Shown here: positions 56,613 to 64,000 of the stretch, piece after piece
How the letters are laid out: each line of letters opens with the position of its first letter
Position numbering within the stretch: the stretch's first letter is position 1
From: Alphaproteobacteria bacterium
Lineage (GTDB): Bacteria; Pseudomonadota; Alphaproteobacteria; Azospirillales; Azospirillaceae
Direction: 5' to 3'
NCBI GenBank assembly: GCA_046570145.1
Contig: JBKHVJ010000024.1
Location: 37,141 to 101,140 of the forward strand
Length of the DNA: 64,000 nucleotides
The notes under the pieces: model-generated
Told to the model about the DNA's origin: nothing
Databases searched by the model: none
What the model saw: only the letters and a program-made list of their open reading frames with translations
Translations under genes and position numbers: made by a program

Positions 56613-57856
56613 CGCTCGACGCTCAGCCCTTCCATGTCGATCTCGGTCTGACGGCCGCTGACCACGTCGGCCAGCACGCGGGCGGAGCCGGCGGACATCG
56701 TCCAGCCCAGGGTGCCGTGGCCGGTGTTGAGATACAGGTTGCGGATGTGGGTCGGCCCCAGGATCGGTGTGCCGTCCGGCGTATTCGGGCGCAGGCCGGT
56801 CCAGAACTCCGCCTTCGACAGGTCGCCGCCCTTCGGGAACAGGTCGCCGACCACATGGTCCAGCGGCCCGCGGCGGCTGTCGCGCAGGGTCAGGTCGAAG
56901 CCGGTCAGCTCCGCCGTGCCGCCGACGCGGATGCGGTCGCCCAGGCGGGTGACGGCGATCTTGTGCGTCTCGTCCATCACCGTCGATTCCGGGGCGTGGG
57001 CGGCGTCGGTGATCGGCAGGGTCAGCGAATAGCCCTTCACCGGATAGACCGGCAGGTCGATGCCCAGCGGCTTCACCAGCTTGGGCGAATAGCTGCCCAT
57101 GGCGACGATGTAGCTGTCGGCGGTCAACGTGCCCTCGTCGGTCTGCACGCCGGTGATCCTGCGGCCGTCGCTCTCCAGCCCGCAGATGGACACACCGTAG
57201 CGGAACTCCACCCCGCGCTTGGCGGCATAATCGGCCAGCTTGCTGGTGAACTGGAAGCAGTCGCCGGTCTCGTCGCCCGGCAGGTGCAGCGCGCCGACCA
57301 GCTTGTCCTTCACATGGGCCAAGGCCGGCTCGACCGAGGTCAGGCCGTCGCGGTCGAACAGGCTGTAGGGAACGCCGTAGCGTTCCAGCACCGCCATGTC
57401 GTATCCGGCGGCGTCCATCTGCTTCTGGGTGCGGAAGACCTGCAACGTGCCCTGGGTGCGCTCGTCATAGGTGATGCCGGTCTCGGCGCGCAGCGCCTTC
57501 AGGCAGTCGCGGCTGTATTCGGCGACGCGGACCATCCGGCTCTTGTTCAGCTGGTAGCTCGCCTCGTTGGCGTTGGCCAGCAGCTTCAGGCACCAGGACC
57601 ACATGGCCGGATCCAGCTTCGGCCGGATCACCAGCGGCGAGTGCTTCATCAGCATCCACTTGGCGGCCTTCAGCATCAGACCCGGCGCCGCCCAGGGAGC
57701 GGAATAGCCCGGCGACACCTCGCCCGCGTTGGCATAGCTGGTCTCCAGCGCCGGGCCGGCCTGACGGTCCAGCACGGTCACCTCATGGCCGGCGCGCGCC
57801 AGATAATAGGCGGTGGTGACACCGATGACGCCGCTGCCCAGAACGATCACGCGCAT
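56555..57856 (-). CDS. dadA: D-amino-acid dehydrogenase small subunit
   Basis: The ATG at 57856 is preceded by GGGAG, and the 774-aa ORF-track extension is an artefact. The Rossmann fold text is '[32 protein letters not shown]'. Other matches are '[22 protein letters not shown]' and '[18 protein letters not shown]'. The product is 433 aa. Confidence 0.93.
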   Translation of the reverse strand: MRVIVLGSGVIGVTTAYYLARAGHEVTVLDRQAGPALETSYANAGEVSPGYSAPWAAPGLMLKAAKWMLMKHSPLVIRPKLDPAMWSWCLKLLANANEASYQLNKSRMVRVAEYSRDCLKALRAETGITYDERTQGTLQVFRTQKQMDAAGYDMAVLERYGVPYSLFDRDGLTSVEPALAHVKDKLVGALHLPGDETGDCFQFTSKLADYAAKRGVEFRYGVSICGLESDGRRITGVQTDEGTLTADSYIVAMGSYSPKLVKPLGIDLPVYPVKGYSLTLPITDAAHAPESTVMDETHKIAVTRLGDRIRVGGTAELTGFDLTLRDSRRGPLDHVVGDLFPKGGDLSKAEFWTGLRPNTPDGTPILGPTHIRNLYLNTGHGTLGWTMSAGSARVLADVVSGRQTEIDMEGLSVERYGRKPSVAVSRPAAVRPA

Positions 57857-57905
57857 GAGACTGGCTCCCAAGGGGATGGATGACTTCGCTTGGGGTCTTT
57901 GGTTC

Positions 57906-57920
57906 GCAAAGGGCGTGCCA
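57906..57920 (-). promoter_or_regulatory. Sigma-54 (-24/-12) promoter for dadA
   Basis: The minus strand reads TGGCACGCCCTTTGC, which is TGGCAC-N5-TTGC with canonical GG/GC spacing. The -12 GC lies about 50 nt upstream of the dadA ATG. Confidence 0.7.
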
Positions 57921-58042
57921 GAGGCGGAAATGGCGGATTTGCTGCGATGCAGAGGGAGTGGCGGGAAGCGGGGCGTATGCGGTTGTTTACAGGGGGAGGG
58001 GGACGTGGATGGGAGATGTTGAGGATCAAGGGGTTGGGATGG

Positions 58043-58079
58043 TGTAAAGATTTTGATACGGTGTAATGGATTGTGTACA
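58043..58079. promoter_or_regulatory. Two adjacent TyrR-box-like 18-mers (candidate upstream activating sequences)
   Basis: The two sites are TGTAAAGATTTTGATACG (58043-58060) and TGTAATGGATTGTGTACA (58062-58079), compared with the TyrR box TGTAAA-N6-TTTACA. They lie 125-170 bp upstream of the sigma-54 promoter and 45-80 bp upstream of the divergent regulator gene. Confidence 0.5.
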
Positions 58080-58121
58080 GTGGTTGCCGGATGACCCCTC
58101 CCACCCCCAACACCCATCTCC

Positions 58122-59663
58122 ATGCGCATCGAAGTCACCTTCACCGACCGCGTCGGCATCGCCCATGAGATCCTCGCCGTGCTGGCGCTGCGCCGGCTCA
58201 ACGTCGTCGGCGTCGAGGTCGATCCGCCGCTGATCCACATCGACGCCCCCGGCCTCGATCCGGCGGCGCTACCCGCCCTGTCGGACGCGCTGCAACGCAT
58301 CGCCGGCGTGCAGGCGGTGGCCGCCATCGACATGCTGCCGGGCACGCGGCGGCGCCTGCATCTGGATGCGCTGCTCGCCGCCCTGCCGGACCCGGTGCTG
58401 GCGGTCGACCGTGCGGGCAGCGTCGTGGTGGCGAGCGCCGCCGCCGCCCAGGTCGCCGGACTGCCGGAGTCGCGCCTCGCCGGCCTCGACCTCGGCGAGC
58501 TGTTCGGCGAACCCGGTCTGACGCGCGAACTGGCCGACGGCGCCTTCCGCATGTCGGGCCGCGAGGTGACGCTGAACGGCCAGCCCTTCCTGCTGGAGGT
58601 GACGCCCATCGTCGATGTCGAGGCGGCGGGCGCCGTCATCACCCTGTTCACCCCGTCGCGGCTGGGCGAGCGTCTGAATGCCATCCAGAATTTCGACGAT
58701 TTGGGTTTGGGCGGCGGTTTCGACCGCATCCTCGGCGAATCGCCGCCGGTGCGGGCGCTGAAGGCGCGGGCCGTGCGCGTCGCCGCGATGGAGGCGCCGC
58801 TGCTGATCCTGGGCGAGACCGGCACCGGCAAGGAGTTGATCGCCCATGCCTGCCACCGCGCCAGCCCGCGCCGCGACAAGCCCTTCCTGGCGCTGAACTG
58901 CGCCGCCGTGCCGGAGAATCTGGCGGAGAGCGAGCTGTTCGGCTACGCCCCCGGCTCCTTCACCGGGGCGCAACGCGGCGGCAAGCCAGGCCTGCTGGAA
59001 CTCGCCCACGGCGGCACCGTGTTCCTCGACGAGATCGGCGAGATGTCGGCCTATCTCCAGGCCAAGCTGCTGCGCTTCCTCAACGACGGCAGTTTCCGCC
59101 GGGTGGGCGGCGAGCGCGAGCAGAAGGTGGACGTCCGCGTCATCAGCGCCACCCACCGCTCGCTGGAGGCGATGGTCGCCGACCACAGCTTCCGCGAGGA
59201 CCTGTTCTACCGCCTGAACGTGCTGACGCTGGATGTGCCGCCCTTGCGGGAGCGTGGGCAGGACATCCTGCTGCTGGCCCGCCATTTCATCGCCCGCGCC
59301 GCGGCGCAGGCCCGACGCCCGCCCGGCCGGCTGACCCCGGCGGCGGCGGCGGCACTGCTCGCCAACCGCTGGCCCGGCAATGTGCGGCAGTTGGAGAACG
59401 TCATCTTCCGCGCCGTGACGATGAGCGACGGCGGCGCGCTGGATGCCGCGGATCTGGAATTGGCCGGGGCCGGCATGCAGTCCGCCGAGGTGCCGGCGGA
59501 GGACGCCGAAAGCTGGGAGGAGGCGGTGGACGGTTTCGAACGGTCGCTGCTGCGGCGGCTCTATCCGCGCTTCCCCTCCAGCCGCAAGCTGGCGGCGCGG
59601 CTGAACACCTCGCACACCATGATCGCCAACAAGCTGCGAAAATACGGCATTCCGGAGCGGTGA
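58122..59663 (+). CDS. TyrR/PhhR-like sigma-54 enhancer-binding protein (ACT, PAS, AAA+, HTH)
   Basis: The ACT domain is '[22 protein letters not shown]' and the PAS is '[19 protein letters not shown]'. The AAA+ domain has '[15 protein letters not shown]', the GAFTGA-variant 'GSFTGA' and 'RVISATH'. The C-terminal HTH is '[25 protein letters not shown]'. Confidence 0.9.
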   Translation: MRIEVTFTDRVGIAHEILAVLALRRLNVVGVEVDPPLIHIDAPGLDPAALPALSDALQRIAGVQAVAAIDMLPGTRRRLHLDALLAALPDPVLAVDRAGSVVVASAAAAQVAGLPESRLAGLDLGELFGEPGLTRELADGAFRMSGREVTLNGQPFLLEVTPIVDVEAAGAVITLFTPSRLGERLNAIQNFDDLGLGGGFDRILGESPPVRALKARAVRVAAMEAPLLILGETGTGKELIAHACHRASPRRDKPFLALNCAAVPENLAESELFGYAPGSFTGAQRGGKPGLLELAHGGTVFLDEIGEMSAYLQAKLLRFLNDGSFRRVGGEREQKVDVRVISATHRSLEAMVADHSFREDLFYRLNVLTLDVPPLRERGQDILLLARHFIARAAAQARRPPGRLTPAAAAALLANRWPGNVRQLENVIFRAVTMSDGGALDAADLELAGAGMQSAEVPAEDAESWEEAVDGFERSLLRRLYPRFPSSRKLAARLNTSHTMIANKLRKYGIPER

Positions 59664-59672
59664 CGCGCCCGG

Positions 59673-60470
59673 TCAGTGACCGGAGGGCTTGGCCGGAGCG
59701 GCTGGCTTGGCCGCGGCCGATTTCTCCGCAGCTTTCTCGGCCGGCTTTTCAGCCGACTTTTCAGCGGGCTTTTCGGGCGCCGACGCTTCCAGCCCTGGCG
59801 GCGGGCCGCCGAAGGTGATGGTCACCTCGGTCACCGGTCCGGGGTCCGGCTGGCTGTGGTGGAAGCTCGCCACCGCGCCCGGCGCCAGCACGGGCGCGGA
59901 CGGTTCGATGGTCCAGCTCTGCAACGGCTTGTGCTCGGCGCCGAAGGTGATGGCGCGCAGCTGCGGCAGCGCGCGCTCGACATCGGTGGTGTTGGCGATC
60001 TCGCCGTCCAGCAACAGGATGGTCTTCCCACCCTCCAGCTTCTGTTCGGAGCGGATGTTGCGCAGTTCCAGCCCGAAGCCCGGCGACTCGGCCTGCATCC
60101 CGATGGTCCCGTAGAAGAGGGCCGCAGGCGGCCAGCCGCGGACGATGGCGTCGCGGCCGAGATAGCCGCCGGCGACAGTCCCGGCGACGAGTGCCGCAAG
60201 CAGGGCGAAACCGATCACCGTGCTGCGCGCCGGTTTGGCGCGCTGAGCCTTCGGCGGCTTGGACCTGCTCTTTCCGGCCGCCTTCTCGGCGGATTTCGCC
60301 GGTCGGATTTCCGTCGGCGCGTCGGGAACCACCGGATCGGGGTCCGCCCGTTCCGGCTTCTGCCACCATGTGTGGCCGCAGCGGGCACAACGCACCTTCC
60401 GGCCGTCGGTGCCGAGCGACTCGTCGGACAGGGTGTAGCGCGTTGAACAGGTCGGACAGGAAACGATCAT
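59673..60470 (-). CDS. MJ0042-type zinc-ribbon protein with TM segment and DUF3426-like C-terminal domain
   Basis: The zinc ribbon is 'MIVSCPTCSTRYTLSDESLGTDGRKVRCARCGHTW'. A basic linker follows, then a TM 'VIGFALLAALVAGTVAGGYL' and a beta-rich C-terminal domain. Confidence 0.85.
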   Translation of the reverse strand: MIVSCPTCSTRYTLSDESLGTDGRKVRCARCGHTWWQKPERADPDPVVPDAPTEIRPAKSAEKAAGKSRSKPPKAQRAKPARSTVIGFALLAALVAGTVAGGYLGRDAIVRGWPPAALFYGTIGMQAESPGFGLELRNIRSEQKLEGGKTILLLDGEIANTTDVERALPQLRAITFGAEHKPLQSWTIEPSAPVLAPGAVASFHHSQPDPGPVTEVTITFGGPPPGLEASAPEKPAEKSAEKPAEKAAEKSAAAKPAAPAKPSGH

Positions 60471-60584
60471 CGCGCCGTCGCAGAGAGGTTACCGCTTGCG
60501 TTATAGATAGGAGTGGCCGGCGGCGCAACCGACACCCGACGGGCGGCACCGTTCATTCTTTTGCATGCGGCGATGGGCGCTTGC

Positions 60585-60628
60585 GGTTGCCCCCTCCCTC
60601 CCTTTGCAGGGAAGGGAGGGGAGCAACC
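60585..60628 (-). terminator. Long imperfect polypyrimidine/polypurine hairpin after the ETF-QO gene
   Basis: GGTTGCCCCCTCCCTCCC (60585-60602) pairs with GGGAAGGGAGGGGAGCAACC (60609-60628) with two bulges, around the loop TTTGCA. It lies 5 nt beyond the stop codon. Confidence 0.6.
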
Positions 60629-60632
60629 CTTA

Positions 60633-62297
60633 TTACATCCCGCCCGGATAGTTCGGTCCCCCGCCGCCTTCCGGCACGACCCAGTTGATGTTCTGGGTGG
60701 GGTCCTTGATGTCGCAGGTCTTGCAGTGGACGCAGTTCTGCGCGTTGATCTGCAGCCGCGGATCGTTGCCGTCGTCGTTGCGGACGATCTCGTACACGCC
60801 GGCCGGGCAATAGCGCTGCTCCGGCGCGTCGTAGAGCGCCAGATTGACGCTGATCGGGACCGACTTGTCCTTCAGCGTCAGGTGCGGCGGCTGGTCTTCC
60901 TCATGGTTGGTGTTGGAGAGGTAGACCGAGGACAGCCGGTCGAAGCTGACCTTGCCGTCCGGTTTGGGGTAGGCGATCTTCGGCGCCTCGCTGGCCTTCA
61001 CCAGGGTGGTGTGGTCGGCGTGGTGCTTCAGCGTCCAGGGCGATTTGCCCTTCAGCGCCGTCTCGTAGGCGGCGTTCGCCAAACCGGCCCACAGTCCCTT
61101 CTGGAAACCCGGGCGGATGTTGCGCACCTCGTATAGTTCCGGCCAGACCCAGGACTGCTTCAGCCGCTCCGGATAGGCGATGACCTCAGGGCCGTTTTGG
61201 GCGGGAGCATTGTCGCCGCCGCCGGTCAAATGGTCGAACACCGCCTCGGCCGCGACCATGCCCGATTTCATGGCGGTGTGGTTGCCCTTGATCTTCGGCA
61301 CGTTCAGGAAGCCGGCGCCGTCGCCGATGATCAGGCCGCCGGGGAAGGTCAGCTTCGGGATCGACTGGAAGCCGCCCTCCGACAGGGCGCGGGCACCATA
61401 GGACAGACGGCGGCCGCCCTCGAAGGTCGGACGGATCGCCGGATGGGTCTTGTAGCGCTGGAACTCCTCGAACGGGCTCATGTGCGGGTTCCAGTAGTCG
61501 AGGCCGACGACGAAGCCGACCGACACCAGATTCCCTTCCATGTGGTAGAGCCACGACCCGCCGTAGGTCTTGGGGTCCATCGGCCAGCCGATGGTGTGGA
61601 CGATCAGGCCGGGCTTCGACTGGGACGGATCGACCTCCCACAACTCCTTGATGCCGATGCCGTAGGTCTGCGGCTGGCAGTCGCGGCGCAGGTCGAACCG
61701 CTCGAACAGGGTCTTGGTCAGCGAGCCGCGGCAGCCCTCGGCGAAGATGGTCTGCTTGGCGTGCAGTTCCATGCCGGGCGTGTAGTTGCCGGTCTTCTCG
61801 CCGTCCTTGCCGATGCCCATGTCGCCGGTGGCGACGCCCTTCACCGCGCCGTTGTCGTCATACAGCACCTCGGCCGCGGCGAAGCCGGGGTAGATCTCCA
61901 CCCCCAGCTCCTCGGCCTGGGTCGCCATCCAGCGGGCCAGATTGCCCAGGCTGATGATGTAGTTGCCGTGGTTGTTCATCTGCGGCGGGGCGAAGGGCGA
62001 CTTGTAGGCCTTCGTTTCCGTCAGGAAGAGGAAATGGTCCTCGCGCGCCGGGGTGGTGAGGGGCGCGCCCTTTTCCTTCCAGTCGGGGATCAGCTCCTGC
62101 AGCGCATGCGGCTCGAAGACCGCGCCGGACAGCAGGTGGGCGCCGACCTCCGACCCCTTCTCGATCACGCAGACGCTCAGTTCCTGCCCGGTCTCGACCG
62201 CGCGCTGCCGCAGGCGGATCGCAGCGCTCAGGCCCGACGGGCCGGCGCCGACGATCAGAACATCGTATTCCATGACCTCGCGCGGTTCGCGTTCCAT
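60633..62297 (-). CDS. Electron-transfer flavoprotein-ubiquinone oxidoreductase
   Basis: The ATG at 62297 ([13 protein letters not shown]) is preceded by GGGGGAG. The FAD fold text is '[19 protein letters not shown]'. The 4Fe-4S region is 'YCPAGVYE...[21 protein letters not shown]', and the conserved end is '[12 protein letters not shown]'. Confidence 0.93.
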   Translation of the reverse strand: MEREPREVMEYDVLIVGAGPSGLSAAIRLRQRAVETGQELSVCVIEKGSEVGAHLLSGAVFEPHALQELIPDWKEKGAPLTTPAREDHFLFLTETKAYKSPFAPPQMNNHGNYIISLGNLARWMATQAEELGVEIYPGFAAAEVLYDDNGAVKGVATGDMGIGKDGEKTGNYTPGMELHAKQTIFAEGCRGSLTKTLFERFDLRRDCQPQTYGIGIKELWEVDPSQSKPGLIVHTIGWPMDPKTYGGSWLYHMEGNLVSVGFVVGLDYWNPHMSPFEEFQRYKTHPAIRPTFEGGRRLSYGARALSEGGFQSIPKLTFPGGLIIGDGAGFLNVPKIKGNHTAMKSGMVAAEAVFDHLTGGGDNAPAQNGPEVIAYPERLKQSWVWPELYEVRNIRPGFQKGLWAGLANAAYETALKGKSPWTLKHHADHTTLVKASEAPKIAYPKPDGKVSFDRLSSVYLSNTNHEEDQPPHLTLKDKSVPISVNLALYDAPEQRYCPAGVYEIVRNDDGNDPRLQINAQNCVHCKTCDIKDPTQNINWVVPEGGGGPNYPGGM

Positions 62298-62448
62298 CAC
62301 CACACTCCCCCACCGTCTTGTTTTGGTACTGTTTCCCTCGGGACGCCCTATGGTGTTTTGCGGGCGCGTGCTTGTAGCACGGTTTGCACCGCACCCCAAT
62401 TTGGTATCTGGACATGTAAGACCACACGATCTGTGGTAAGGTCAAACG

Positions 62449-63348
62449 ATGATTGACGTATGCGACATCCTCGACGCGCTGCGCTGGCATGCCGATATCG
62501 GCTGCGACGAGGCCATCGGCGACGAGCCGATCGACTGGGCCGCCTTCTCCGCCCGGCCGGCGGCGCGCGCCATGCCCGCGGGCGCCGGCGCACCGTCCGG
62601 CGCCGGAATGGGTGCCGCCATGGCGCGCGGTCCGGGTCCGGCACCGACTCGGTCCCCCGCCCCGGCGGCCCCGCGTCCGGCCGCCCTCTTCCCGTCGCCC
62701 GACCAGCCGCTGGGCGCCAGCGAGGCCGGCATCCAGGCCCGCGCCCGCGCGCACGAGGCGCAGACCTTGGACGCGCTGGAAGCGGCGCTGCGCGCCTTCG
62801 ACGGCTGCCCGTTGAAGGCCACCGCGATGAACACCGTCTTCGCCGACGGCAATCCGCAGGCTCCGGTCATGCTCATCGGGGAGGCGCCGGGCGAGGACGA
62901 GGACCGGCAGGGCAAGCCCTTCGTCGGGGTCAGCGGCAAGCTGCTGGACCGCATGCTGGCGCAGATCGGCCTGGACCGCGGCAAGGTCTACATCACCAAC
63001 ATCCTGCCCTGGCGCCCGCCCGGCAACCGCAGCCCGACCCAGGCGGAAATCGCCGCCTGCCTGCCCTTCCTGGAACGGCATGTCGAACTGGTGCGGCCGA
63101 AGCTGCTGGTGGCGCTGGGTGGCGTGTCGGCCAAGACCCTGCTGAACCGGACGGAGGGAATCACCCGCCTGCGCGGCCAGTGGCGGACCTACGAGGGCCC
63201 CGGCGGCGGGGGCGGCACGCCCATTCCGCTGATGCCGATGCTCCATCCGGCGTACCTCTTGCGCAACCCCATCGCAAAGCGGGAAGCGTGGCGGGACATG
63301 CTTGCGCTGTTGCAAAAGATCGACGAAGAAGGAATCAAGTATTCCTAA
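62449..63348 (+). CDS. Family-4 uracil-DNA glycosylase with ~110-aa Ala/Pro-rich N-terminal extension
   Basis: Motif A is '[24 protein letters not shown]'. The text also includes '[13 protein letters not shown]', and motif B is '[12 protein letters not shown]'. Confidence 0.9.
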   Translation: MIDVCDILDALRWHADIGCDEAIGDEPIDWAAFSARPAARAMPAGAGAPSGAGMGAAMARGPGPAPTRSPAPAAPRPAALFPSPDQPLGASEAGIQARARAHEAQTLDALEAALRAFDGCPLKATAMNTVFADGNPQAPVMLIGEAPGEDEDRQGKPFVGVSGKLLDRMLAQIGLDRGKVYITNILPWRPPGNRSPTQAEIAACLPFLERHVELVRPKLLVALGGVSAKTLLNRTEGITRLRGQWRTYEGPGGGGGTPIPLMPMLHPAYLLRNPIAKREAWRDMLALLQKIDEEGIKYS

Positions 63349-63571
63349 GATTAAATTTGCTGTTGCGGCCCGGCCAAAATCGTTCGTATGACCGGGAAGG
63401 TTGCATGACACAAATGTAATCCGTCCATACCCAAAGGCACCTTCCCAACGGACTAAGGCCTTTTTCCCGCACCCCTTAAGCCGTTGTAGAGACTGGCGAA
63501 TACCGGGGGCCGACACATTCCGCGCGAATCCGTTGCTTGCGGTTCTCGAACAACTGCGCTATTTCGGGAAA

Positions 63572-64000
63572 ATGCTCCGGATATTTTGCAGTGCAGCATA
63601 CCGGGCCGCGAACGCGGTCCCGCTGCGGCGGAACCTTCTGGGGGTGCTGGGTCTCGCGGTGGCTTACACCCTGGGACCCGACGGTACGGTCGGGTTCCGG
63701 CCCGCTTGCGCCGCCCTCATCATCCACGCGCCGGACGGTCACGCCGTCGTCCCGCCCGGCCCGGATTCCGTGCCTGCCCCCGATACCCCCGATTTCGGCG
63801 AGCCGACTGGCAATCCGGTCATTGGCGACCCGGCCGTGGGGCTCCCCGGCCCGGCCATTCCCGGCGACCCGGTTTCCGGCGCTGCGGCGGCCGATGGGTC
63901 CACCGGCCCGGCCGGTTCCCCCCTGCTGCTCGCTGCAGATGACGACTCCCGCGCCGTCCAGTTGGACGAGGAGGATGCCGGCCGCTACCGCCGAATCTTC
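63572..64000 (+). CDS. Membrane-anchored protein, 3'-truncated (possibly a lytic murein transglycosylase N-terminus)
   Basis: This frame is not in the ORF track because it has no stop before the window end. It runs from the ATG at 63572 (MLRIFCSAAYRAANAVPLRRNLLGVLGLAVAYTL...) with G/C-ending codons to position 64000. It has a signal-anchor-like segment and a Pro-rich linker. The final 'EEDAGRYRRIF' resembles the start of Slt-like proteins in alphaproteobacteria, from memory only. Confidence 0.5.
   Translation, partial: MLRIFCSAAYRAANAVPLRRNLLGVLGLAVAYTLGPDGTVGFRPACAALIIHAPDGHAVVPPGPDSVPAPDTPDFGEPTGNPVIGDPAVGLPGPAIPGDPVSGAAAADGSTGPAGSPLLLAADDDSRAVQLDEEDAGRYRRIF

Noticed and set aside
57985-58040. 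The G-rich tract (GGGGGAGGGGGACGTGGATGGG...GGGGTTGGGATGG) in the dadA/tyrR-like spacer, considered as a possible G-quadruplex.
   Set aside because: The loops between usable G-runs are 8 and 16 nt, so the canonical G3+N1-7 pattern is not met. GC-rich genomes produce such tracts by chance.

Overview
The window is a very GC-rich bacterial chromosomal segment. I judge it at roughly two-thirds G+C by eye; this was not computed. The protein sequences look alphaproteobacterial, probably Rhodospirillales or Azospirillum-like, which is inference only because no database search was possible. I can support about 50 protein-coding genes, densely packed on both strands. I recognised no rRNA, tRNA, CRISPR array, transposase, integrase or prophage genes, so this looks like core or chromid DNA rather than a mobile island.

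Content by class:
- Housekeeping: uvrC (5' truncated), gloB, ispE, msrB, gltA, ETF-ubiquinone oxidoreductase, family-4 uracil-DNA glycosylase, and a 3'-truncated lytic-transglycosylase-like gene at the right edge.
- Catabolism: a lldR-like gene with an Fe-S D-lactate dehydrogenase and lutABC, plus dadA.
- Transport: DMT, a Bcr/CflA MFS, an MHS-type MFS with an insertion, and three orphan substrate-binding proteins.
- Signalling, which is unusually heavy: two MCPs, three very large hybrid histidine kinases, OmpR- and LuxR-type response regulators, two sigma-54 enhancer-binding proteins, and MocR-, GntR/FadR- and NadQ-like regulators.

Many of the longest ORFs in the six-frame track are GC-driven antisense shadows or artificial upstream extensions of real genes. 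Several starts were therefore re-placed using SD motifs.

Most interesting observations:
1. A two-gene cassette of paralogous membrane-anchored coiled-coil proteins (24867..26084). The two genes lie in the same frame, separated by one TGA and nine sense codons, and are bridged by a chain of three ATGA stop/start overlaps.
2. A near-consensus sigma-54 promoter with TyrR-type boxes in front of dadA, divergent from a TyrR/PhhR-like activator.
3. A LuxO-like sigma-54 regulator with a GTGA stop/start overlap onto a cytoplasmic GAF-PAS hybrid kinase carrying REC-REC-Hpt.
4. A CrbS/CrbR-like (SLC5-kinase plus LuxR regulator) pair next to an RTX-like repeat protein.
5. A FlaF-like domain fused to a DUF2934-like tail, with no flagellar genes nearby.

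I cannot name a demonstrably novel system with confidence. The cassette at 24.9-26.1 kb is my best candidate.

All family calls rest on motifs read from the translations and on remembered family signatures, not on searches.
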